Source: Chiloscyllium plagiosum (Eukaryota). Taken from it: a stretch of DNA of 64,000 nt. Position 1 is the first letter of the stretch. Each line of letters begins with the position of its first letter. A program made the position numbers and the translations under genes. Positions 12,601 to 24,600 of the stretch are shown here, piece by piece. Under the pieces are notes generated by a model, which worked only from the letters and a program-made list of their open reading frames with translations, had not been told where the DNA came from and made no database searches. The DNA lies in the NCBI RefSeq assembly GCF_004010195.1, contig NC_057719.1:66175049-66239048 (forward strand), given 5' to 3'.

Positions 12601-15600
12601 AGATATTTGTATCATCGATAGTCACAGGTGAGGTGCCGGAAGACTGGAGATTGGCAAACGTGGTGCCACTGTTTAAGAAGGGCGGTAAAGACAAGCCAGG
12701 GAACTATAGACGGGTGAGCCTGACATCGGTGGTGGGCAAGTTGTTGGAGGGAATCCTGAGGGAAAGCATGTACATGTATTTGGAAAGGCAAGAACTGATT
12801 CGGGATAGTCAACATGGCTTTGTGCATGGGAAATCATGTCTCACAAACTTGATTGAGTTTTTTGAAGAAGTAACAAAGAGGATTGATGAGGGCAGAGTGG
12901 TAGATGTGATCTATATGGACTTCAGTAAGGCATTTGACAAGGTTCCCCATGGGAGACTGATTAGCAAGGTTAGAATACAGGGAGAACTATCCATATGGAT
13001 ACAGAACTGGCTCAAAGGTAGAAGACAGAGGGTGGTGGTGGAGGGTTGTTTTTCAGACTGGGGGCCTGTGACCAGTGGAGTGTCACAAGGATCAGTGCTG
13101 GGTCCTCTACTTTTTGTCATTTACACAAATGATTTGGATGCGAGCATAAGAGATATACTTAGTAAGTTTGCAGATGACGCCAAAATTGGAGTTGTAATAG
13201 ACAGCGAAGAGAACACAACAGGATCTTGACCAGATGGGCCAATGGGCTGAGAAGTGGCAGATGGAGTTTAATTCAGATAAATGTGAGGTGCTGCATTTTG
13301 GGAAAGCAAATCTTAGCAGGACTTATACACTTAATGGTAAGGTCCTCGGGAATGTTGCTGAACAAAAAGACCTTGGAGTGCAGGTTCATAGCTCCTTGAA
13401 AGTGGAGTCGCAGGTAGATAGGATAGTGAAGAAGGCATTTGGTATGCTTTCCTTTATTGGTCAGAGTATTGAGTACAAGAGTTGGGAAGTCACCCTGCGG
13501 CTGTAAAGGACATTGGTTAGGCCACTGTTGGAATATTGTATGCAATTCTGGTCTCCTTCCTATCGGAAAGATATTGTGAANNNNNNNNNNNNNNNNNNNN
13601 NNNNNNNNNNNNNNNNNNNNNNNNNNNNNNNNNNNNNNNNNNNNNNNNNNNNNNNNNNNNNNNNNNNNNNNNNNNNNNNNNNNNNNNNNNNNNNNNNNNN
13701 NNNNNNNNGGGAGTCCAGAACTAGAGGGCATAGGTTTAGGGTGAGAGGGGAAAGAGATAAAAGAGACCTATGGAGCAACCTTTTCACAAAGTGGGTGGTA
13801 CGTGTATGGAATGAGTTGCCACAGGAAGTGGTGGAGGCTGGTACAATTGCAACATTTAAGAGGCATTTGGATGGGTATATGAATAGGAAGGGTTTGGAGG
13901 GATATGGGCCGGGGGCTGGCAGGTGGGACTAGATTGGGTTGGGATATCTGGTCGGCGTGGACAGGTTGGTCCGAAGGGTCTGTTTCCATGCTGTACATCT
14001 CTACGACTCTATGACTCTAACAAGCATTTAGCTTTAATTAACAATCTTTTGTCCAAATACCCTTGTAAAGACATTGCCAGGATTGAAGAGTTTTTGTTGT
14101 AGGGAGAGGCTGAAGAGACTGGATTTATTTATCCCCTGGAGAGTCAGAGGCTGAGGTGTGACCTTATAGAAGTTTATAAAATCATGAGGGGTATGGATAG
14201 GGTGAACAGGCGAAGTCTTTTCTTCAGGATAGGGGAATCAAAGGTAGAGGCCATAGGTTTAAGTTGAGAGGGGAAAGATTTAAAAAGGACCGGAGTGGTA
14301 ACTATTTCACGCAGAGAATGGTGCATGTTTGGAGAAAGCTGCCAGAGGTGGAGGAGGCTAGTACAATTACATTTAAAAGGCATCTGGAAGCATACATGAA
14401 TAGGAAGGGTTTGGAGGGGTATTGGCCAAATGCTGACAAACGTTTCCATGCCATATGACTTTGACTTTATTTGACCTTTACATTTGTTTTTCAAAGCTGT
14501 AGTGGATTCAACTTTGACCATTTTTTCTAGTCAGACACTCTGGCTCTGAATAATCTCCTATGAAACCAATGTGCTTAATGTTGGATTTTATTACAATAAC
14601 CCACTTCATTTTGCACCCTTATGGGATTGTCACATGAAGCTAATTGAAACACTTTGTTATATGGTATGAGGCTTGCAGCGAGGCTTATGTAAAATTAGGT
14701 GCAACTGCATTACACTAACACACACAAATACACAACAATGTCACATGCACAACAGCTGCTATATCGGAATTTAATGGTGATGTTACAATGTTGTTGAGAT
14801 CTAAGATCAAAGCAGATGATGAGCAATTCACCTCCTGACTCCCCAAATCTTGCCCACCATTTACAAGGTACAAATCAGTGGTGTGATGGAATACTTTCCA
14901 CTTGCCCGGATGACTGCAGCTCCAACAACACTTTCAATGCTGGGTACATGCTAGACAAAGAAATTCATTTGTTTTGGCATCACATCCACAAAACACCTAC
15001 TCCCTCCACCACCAATGCTCATTCATCAACAAGATGCCCTGCAGAAGTTCACCAAGACTTCTTCGACAGCACACTTCCACCTAGAAAAACAAGGGCAGCA
15101 GGTACATGGGAACACCACCACCTCCAAGCCACTCCCCATCCTGACTTGGAAATATATCCTTGTTCCTCCAGTGTCACTGGGTCAAAATCAACAGCTCAAA
15201 AAGTTCATTTTTGCCAGGTGGTCTCACCATACCAACAGAGTCTGAACAAGCATGTTCTTTCAAGTCATTCAAATATGAGCTAAGACTCTCTAGGAAAATA
15301 ATCTTTATACTTAAGCAACTAGTAATACTACAAGCCCTATGTCATAGGCATGCTAGATCATACACATAGGTGATATGGGTACAGAAAAAAATACAAACGA
15401 TTGCAACATGAATTCACGTTTTGATCCAATTTAAATAGGGACAATCAACCAAGTAATCTAATTGTGTGCAACACGTCAACTCCATCCATCTCAACAAACC
15501 AGATATCTTTTCATCCCTCACCAGATTTCTTCCAAGCCCTTACTGCAAGATTGCACTTCCAAAGGTATATTACATCATCAACTTTGAAATGAGACACACA

Positions 15601-18600
15601 CACACACACACACATTGTTGACACATGGACCACTCCATTTGATATGTTCAATGTTCCTCAAAAATTGTCAGCAGTACAATAATGTACCATTCCAACACAT
15701 GTAAACGAGACGAGGTGTTCCAATATTGTATACCTTCTCCTCATAACCCTCATGTGGTCTCACAGAATGTACTGTCCTTACTATAAAATTCGTGATAGTC
15801 AGGTGTAAACTGACTTGCCAAGATTCTCATAGCTATGCTAAATCTATTTGCTATTTCTCCAGACAAAGATCTATTCTCACCAGCAATTCTCATGTTTCGA
15901 AGTTAGATCCACAGAATTCTCCCCTCCCACACTGTCACCATTCAACTATAGTTCCAAATCAATTGCCATCCTGATGTGGAATGATTTCACCTTTCCTTCG
16001 GTGTCAGTGGATCATAATTCTTGTACTTAGAGCAAATACTGTGGTGGTCCAAGCAGCTCACCACTATTCCCTCAAGGGCATCTAGGGATGGGCAATAAAT
16101 ACTGACCCAGCCAGCAAAGCCCGCATCCCATGAATGAATAGATAGATATGTACATACTATATTGTTGGAAAGAAGGGAAGACCTGATAGCAGAATACAAT
16201 TAATGGACAGATAGGCATTTGTCCCATCTTAAAAGGGGAAAAAGTACAAGAGTTTGAGCCTTTCATATGAACACATGGGTTTGTGGGAAGATAAAATATC
16301 TTTGTGGCTAGGCTATATGATGATGCAGTGAACAATGCCCAAGAAATTGGCAACTGTGTACTTTTAATTATCTGTCACTCAGATTTCAGGCCAGATAACA
16401 GCCATACATTTTATGAAAAATGCTACTCATCCATTTATAATGACAGGCAGCACACCAGAATAACTATAAAAGGTCATGTTGTATGTCCAAAACGTTAAGT
16501 AAACATGTAGAGGCAATTATCTATATGCAGCCTTGTACATGTCATCAAAATAGAGTCCCCTCTCTTTAACGGGAAAAACGGTTTCACAGAACGCACACTA
16601 CATGCGAGCCTGTGACACTATAGCAGTGTGAATAGTTAGCGATACTAATAAATTTCAAGACATCTGCCTGAACAAGAACCCAGGCCTTTGTTCTATCTGT
16701 TATGTGAGCTAATATATAGGAAAGCACTCAAAACATATCATACTGGCAGTGGTGCAGGACTCAAGAAACCATGTCAATCTTTCATATCTCACCTCTTTTT
16801 GTTTGATCTTAGTCAGCTTCTATGCCCCTGGAATTCTTTGCAATCACAGAATCACAGAACATATCTCAACAACGAGATTATAATCCAATCGCAGTGAAAT
16901 TTGATTATTGTCTCCCTGGCAACGTACATTTAATTGCAGGATTGATGCAATGGAGCTACACACCATATGCTACTTCAATTACTCTGCATCACAATCACCT
17001 GTTGGATGCCATAGGTCCATCCTTGTTTGATTCTGTCTTTTGCCCAGACGTTGTGTGCATTTTCTGCCAACTTGTCAACCAGAACATCCTGAGCAGCGAG
17101 TAGTTTAATATCCGAAAGGTCCAGCGGAGCGGGCTTATAGCCATTCGACATCATGTAACTAAAATTAATTAAAAATCGAGATTTGCAAAACTACAAGTAT
17201 ATTTAGTTAATCAACAAAATATTTTATGCAGTCAGATAAAACAAGCAATATTTAATCAAAGAAAGCTAACCGGCTTTAAAAATATTTGATGATTAGCATA
17301 AAGCAGATTTCAGATCATAAGTATCATTGCATTCACTTAACTGGATGTGGTTATGTTTTCTGCACACATTGCTAGAAGGTCAACAGTGTAATGTATCATG
17401 CAATGTGGATTTAGTCACAGTTTGTTTTGAGGAAGCTGCTAATTCAAACACATTCGCCAACTGTCACCAACTGCTTAAATCCTTAACAAATAAACCTATG
17501 TCTTTTTATGTTAACCAACCCTTTACACATGGTTGACAAAATAACTCACAGAGGCACCATGTTCCCCCCCCCCCCCCCCTCAAATTACAGATGGGAAGTC
17601 CTTAACACTGATCCAGCTCCGTCAGAGTCAGCTCTCACAGTGAATAGGATGTCTGACCCATCTGTTTATTTTTTTTAAACCCCCACACTACCACCTAATT
17701 GTGGTAGTGCTTATTTTTCCCCAGCATCCATGGTGTGTGTGTGTGCAGGTGTGAGACACAGTGAGAGACACAAGGTGCCCATCTATTTATTTTTCTTCTC
17801 CTGTCTATTTTTTCTTTTTTTAAGCACTGCCCTAACCCTTCTGTTTATTTTTTTTCTTTTTATTAAACCCCCACACTACCGCCTAACTGCGGTAGTGCTT
17901 ATTTTTCCCCAGCACCCATGGTGTGTGTGTGTGCAGGTGTGAGACACAGTGAGAGACACAAGGTGCCCATCTGTTTATTTTTTTCTTTTTATTCTATTTT
18001 TTTCTTTTTTTCTTTTTTTTTTAATTTAACCCCCACACTACCACCCCATCTGTTTATTTTTTTTCTTTTTTTTTCCCAAGGCCAAGCCTCCTGTTTATAT
18101 TTTTTCTTTTTTTGTGTGTGCAGGTGTGAGACACAATGAAAGACACAACATGCACGAATCTTTATTCAAATTCCACCACCAGGAAGATAGGAAAACACCC
18201 GGGTGGCCACTGACAACACTGCCCTTCACATCAAAGGGCAGTGCTGTGTGATCAAAACAGTGAAGGGGAGGGGAGGGACTAAATCAAAATAGAGTTGGAG
18301 GGAGAAATGATGCACTCCACTCCCTGCGGCACCCACCTCTCCCTGAACAACTCCAGGGTGTTGGTCGACACCGCGTGCTCCTTCTCCAAGGACACCCGGG
18401 CTCTAACGTAACCGCGGACCCATCTGTTTATTTTTTTTTCTTTCTTTTTTCTTTCTCTTTTTTTTTGCTTATTTTATCCCCAGCACCCATGGTGTGTGTG
18501 TGCAGGTGTGAGACACAGTGAAAGACACAAAGTGCACGAATCTTTATTCAAAATACACCTCCAGGAAGATAAGAAAACACCCGGGTGGCCAGTGATAACA

Positions 18601-21600
18601 CTGCCCTTCACATCAAAGGGCAGTGCTGTGTGATCAAAACAGTGAAGGGGAGGGTAGGGACTAAATCAAAATAGAGTTGGAGGGAGAAATGATGCACTCC
18701 ACTCCCTGCGGCGCCCAACTCTCCCTGAACAACTCCAGGGTGTTGGTCGACACCGTGTGCTCCTTCTCCAAGGACACCCGGGCTCTAACGTAACCGCGGA
18801 CCCATCCTTTTATTTATTTATTTATTTATTTATTTTTTTCATCAAAGGGCAGTGCTGTGTGAATCCCTATTTATATATTTTTTTCTCTTTTTTCTTTTTT
18901 TTTCTTTTTTGTGAGACACAGTGGAAGACACAAAGTGCACCAATCTTTATTCAACCCATCCTTTTATATCTGTCAGCCAGGGGTCCCTGATTGGACAGGG
19001 TTAACAGTCCTAATCAAGGAACTCATACTTTATGACCCACCTAACTGATCTCATTATAATCACTAACATTAATGCTTCATTAGTCTTAAAATCAGGAATA
19101 AAAGGCTAGTTTAAAGGCAATCATGAAATAAATTATTGTTGATTGTCGTAAAAACTGATTTGGTTCATTTAAGTCCTTTGGGGAGGAAATCCACCATCGT
19201 TACCTGGACTCATTTGACTCTAGATCCACAATGCAGTAGTTGACTCTTAATTGCTGTTTGTGGAAATAGCACGGGGCTAATCCAGCAAACCCTACATCCC
19301 ACGAATGAATAAAAATAAAACAGGAAAGCACAAGAGAAAGCATGCCAAATTTCTCTTTTGGTTTAAAGTGAAAAGAAAGCCTCTGAAGAATTTATTGCTT
19401 AAAATCATTCCTTTTGTAGTATTTAATTTTTTAAAAAAGGATGATAAACAAATGTATTTTACTTTCTGCCCTAAAAGCATCTTCAGAAGTTAAAACATTT
19501 TGACAGAAACATTTCACCTGAAGGAAGGTGAGTCAACTGGAGATTTGTACTGCCTCTTATCAAGAAGGTGCACTGGCCAATCAGAGAGTGGGAAGGCCAT
19601 CAGGAGGACTTCCCTTGGAATTAAGACTCTGTGCAGGGGGGGTCTAGAAATCTCACATACAGAGAGCTAGTGTTCAGTCAGAAGCAGACAGTTCTTCGGC
19701 TCAGTAGTGTCAAAGGGGCGACTATTCTCCTTCAGAAAAAAACACCCACCAGAGTTGTAGGATTGTGGGAAGACTAGGCCTCAGGCAAGTCAAATGAAAG
19801 TAGGAGTTTTCTCAGGGTCGGCCACACTGGAATAGGGCTGCAACAGGAACAGCAGCATGGAAAATGATGGCCTTTAGCAGGATCTGTGGTTTCCTGGTGT
19901 CCAGACCTTCTAACAGGCAATGACTGCCTTTGATCAAGGGGTCTACTCCCCCAAGGTGACAAGCTGGCTGCACAGTTTCAGTTGACATGCAGACTGCTTC
20001 GTGCCAGGTCCATCTAGGAGCAGCATTAATTGGCAACCTTAGCGAGTTCTCTTATAATTACTGATCTGGTTTCGACTTAGTTAATCAATAAATTATCACA
20101 GTTTCTCTCTGGCAGAAAGCTTGTTTAACACTGTCCACACCTGGAAAAAAGTTTAAGCTTAAAGCAGTAAAATGTCAAATATTAATCACAAGCAAGCAAT
20201 ACCTTATTTTAAAGAAATAGATTAAACCTTAATATTGCTTCCTTGCTCACCAAACAGGCAGCTTTACACTGTTCCAGCTGCACTCCAGGTGGGCTTTAAG
20301 TTTACTGCTATCCCTCCTAATTAAATGCCCTTTCTTCCTCCATTCTCACCACCAACAACACACAGAAGACTGCATTCAGGTTTTAACTTGATTACTTTGT
20401 TTTTGAGCTGTAAATGTGCATCTTGAATAAAATACTTGTACCACAAAAAAAGGCATGCATTTAATCCAATAGGTGGCATTGTGAACATAACTTTGCAAAG
20501 CTAACAAAATGGTAACTGACTAAATAATATAACAGGGACTGAGAGCTGCATTATGTTGTAAAAGAAAGCCAAATATATTCATCTATGAAAAGAAAACTTC
20601 TCAGCAACATTTTCACGACTGTGATAAACTTACTTTTTGGGAAGTTTCAATCTTTGTAAATCTTCTTCAGCTTTTGGTTTAATGTGAACCACATGGCAGC
20701 CAAAAGCTAGTAAGGTCCTGTGAAGATATTTCAACAAACCCCATGAACACCACCAACAAAATGGAAATAAATAGCAAAACAAAGTAACAAATAGATTTTC
20801 CTCTTTAAATACTGAACAAGATTTTTGTACCTACTTTAAAGTTTCAAGGGACATTTGTAAATTGTAGTTTCTCTCTTGTTCTGGTAGTTTATCAAAATTC
20901 ACCAGACAAGGGTGCTGTCTCTTGTTGTCATCGCGTACCTGAAGGGAAGAGAAAGACACTTAAGCTAAATTATGTAGTCTTCATCAGTGGGTTGGAAGGA
21001 ATTGAGCACTCGTCATTATTCAATGGCATGAAGTTGCCTCCAGGAAGTTTGCTGACATTTGAGCTCATTGAGGCCCTTCAGTGGTAAAACACAGCAACTC
21101 TGGGATGGATTTTCACAGTTCATTTTAACGCAAGATACATCTGGTATATTTGTCGCTGCCATCTTATTTCCTGGTTCGGATCTACGGTCGTGGTTGGTCT
21201 AGCAGGGCAGGGGAAAACCATTTCATTGTCTCACAAGACGACACTTTTTGTCTTGCACATGATTATTGCCTGATAACCTGATTGCCTGATAATTGCCTGA
21301 TAACCACAATGAGTGGTGGGCCTGTGGAATTCATTGCCACAGAGTGCAGTGGATGCTGGACGCTAAATGTCTTCAAGGCAGAAATTGATAAATTCTTGAT
21401 GTCACAAGGAATTAAGGGCTACGGGGAGAATGCGGGTAAGTGGAGTTGAAATGCCCATCAGCCATGATTGAATGGCGGAGTGGACTCGATGGACCGAATG
21501 GCCTTACTTCCGCTCCTATGTCTTATGGTCTTAAGGTTCAAGTTCCATTGGTACTGAAGGTAATGTTGCACAGAGTTTGAGGGACTGCAAAAATAATATC

Positions 21601-24600
21601 CTCAGCATTAACCTTTCTCAATTCCTTATAGAACATCTTCCCCAAGCTTTCTCCCCCACAATGTAAACAAAATATATTTGTTTATGTAAGTACATTTGCC
21701 ATTATCCTTTCCCCTCTCCCACCCCATAAAGAGGTTTTACTATGCTCGCAAAATATATTTTGAGAGCATTGTAAAACCTCCTTATGGGGTGGAGGAGGGA
21801 AAACGTTAATGGTAAATGTACTTACATAAACAAATGTATTTTGGAAGATTGATAAGTCTTTGGGTTGAAGCCTGTTAACTTTGATTCTGTTCTTGACAGT
21901 GCGAGATATATGTCAGCCACATACATTATGATATTCCTCACTGGGTATGTCCCAGTCAAGGATTGGTGGACAACTGGTCCACAGTGGAATGAGGTTCTTC
22001 AGCCATGTGAACAACACATGATCGTGGATTGGCTGCAGCTCCTTGAATGGAGGTACTTCTGGCTGAAGTAAATGCTTCTTGCCTTTGTCATAATTTTAAG
22101 ATTCAATCAAACTTAGCCTTGCCTGAAGCTTTTAATTCTGGCTTCACAACATTCCTTAGTCTGACACCACCTTTTAAATGACTTTTATGGCCTTGACTTC
22201 CCTTAATGTAACCACGGCTCATGGTGTCTGCCTGCTATCTCTGTCTTAAATTTGATTTGGGACCTCTTTTACGGATTCTCAGCACTATAGATTTTGCCTC
22301 ACTATGAGTTTATTTTCTTCAGGGTTCTTGAAGGCTCCATTCTTTTAGCTACTGCCAGTCTGCACAAGCAGCTTTTATAAGATCCTTCAGACCTCCTCTG
22401 CTAGCTCCCTAGTTGTAAGATGACACAATGCCCATTGGCACACTGTTGTATAATGGATCTTCACCACAGCTCACGTTGATACAAGATACATCTGGCAGAC
22501 ACATTTGCAACCATCCTTCTCTTTCTTGGCAGAACCTACATGTTCCAGTTAGTTTGGAGGAAAGCCACTTGCTAATTTCATGAGAAGAAGCTCTTTTCTT
22601 AAACAAGATGTAGTTTATTGTACAATGGCAACAAGATACATGTTACATGCTTTTGACGGACATTGTTACAAAGATTATGAGGGAGACCCCAATGTTAGGT
22701 CTTACTTCTCCAAGATCCAAAGTTATTGCCCTGCCTGAGGCCCATATGGCATCATCATATTGGGTGATGCTTAAATAATTCCTCTGTGTTAACCCTTTCA
22801 GGACCTTGTACAATGCCAATGGTGGTAGGAGCTGGAACATGTCAGTTAGGGAGCATGACAGCTGTAGTTACATGGGTTAATGTTGATCATAGATAGTAGG
22901 ACCTAATCTGTCAACACCCTTGGCTTATTGGAGACAGTGTCACCAACCTCCCCCTCCCTAACAACTCCACATTATATTTCATATGCCAAATATTTGTCCA
23001 TTTACTTAACCTATCAATATCTCTCTGTAAACTGTTTGTATTCCTCTCACAACCATCTTTTCCACCTATTTTTGTGTCGTCTGCAAATTTAGCTACATTA
23101 CATTCAGTTTCTTCCTCTGAGTCACTAATATATGTTGTAAACACTTGTGGTCCCGGCAGTGATCCCTGTGGAATGTACTGGTCATAGATTACCAATCGGA
23201 AAACAAGCTCCTTATCCCTCACCACTCATTATTTCCTGCCCATGAGCCAATTCTCTATCTGTGCCAAGATACTACCTCCACTACTGTGGGCTCTTACTTT
23301 ATGATTTTACCTTTTGTGAGGGTCCTTGACAAACACCTTCTGGAAGTCCAAATACAACACATCAACTAGTTCCCCTTTGTCCAGCCTTGGTGAGACTTCC
23401 ATGGAAAACTCTAATAAATTAGTCAGAAACAATTTCCCTTTCAATGAAGCCAAGCTGATTCTGCTTGATTTGATTATGATTTTCCAAATGTTCTGCTATT
23501 ACTTCTTCAATAATTGAGCCAATCAGATTAAAGAATTGTGAAGTAAGTAACACATGACTGAGAAGGGAGTATAAATTCGAATGGGTGAATTCAATGCCAA
23601 ATCAGGTACAGAAAGAGAGACAAAATGATGGGAAGACAAATCCTTTGATGGTATTTTATGCTTGTTCACCAGTGCTTGAAGTTTTATTTAATTGAAAAGT
23701 TTTCTACTTAAATGGCCCAAGTCTAGAATTCTGGGAGTCCCTCTGCATTAATAGCAACTCGGTGAATGGAGTCTGTCCCAAGTTGTAGGGTTGGTGCATT
23801 TGTGTGGTCACGGTGCATCATTATCAATATAAGGCAGAGCAGGTCAAGAGCTCACCAAGGCTCCTCACCAAGTATGAAGAATAAAGGCAAGGACTTCTTT
23901 ATCTCCAAAAACAGTCATTCTTCATTTTCCAATAAGTAAGTAAACCCATCTATAAAATTGATTGTCTCAGTCTAACTAAGGTCTCAAGATTTCAAAAGTA
24001 TTTCAATGGTAATTACGACCCATCTGAGGAAATTTAAACACAGGAATCCCTCAGACTTGCTGTAGAGAAGTGGGGTGAAAAACTTTCATTTCACTTCCTC
24101 TGTTACCTTGCTGGGAAAAATAAAGGGGCTTGTTTACCTTCTAGACTTTGATTATTTTGGAGAATCTACACTCAAAGTCTTGCCCTTTACATTCACATGC
24201 ACAGATATGAAAAAAAGATGGCGGCACCAGCACAGTAGGTAGTGTTTGGGCTACTGAGCCTGTACCCCTATCTCTTTTCTTTCATCTCTTCTTTCTTCTT
24301 CTCTTCGCCTTCCAAGGGGCTGTTGTAGATATGGCAGTGACTGGAGCAGGGACACAGAGTTTCTGTAGGTCTGCAGCCTGTACTCTCAGCAGTGGTGGTG
24401 AGGTGTTGGCTGCAGTGGTGGTAGAGCGGGGACTCTTGGCTGCACTAAACTAGAATAAGGGACTCTGGTGGTGGGATCATGTCATCAATTGAGGCAGTGT
24501 TGGTGCCCAGAGTGGAGACTCCTGGCTTCAGTAGGCCCAGAGCAGGGAATTTTGGAGGCAGTGACAGGTGATTGATTGCGGGCAGCATCAGTGTTGGAGT

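Larger units (their letters stand above)
9423..14018 (+). mobile_element. Near full-length CR1 LINE (5'UTR, ORF1 zinc finger/SGNH esterase, ORF2 APE and RT), inactivated
   Basis: ORF1 CTSC..CHKC and [24 protein letters not shown]2 [20 protein letters not shown]; several stops and frameshifts; two N gaps; ctctacgactctatgactcta tail. Confidence 0.93.

Noticed and set aside
17656..18970. CRISPR-like repeat-spacer appearance
   Set aside because: Eukaryotic intron with no cas genes; spacers are irregular in length and derive from poly(A) and one LINE 3' end.
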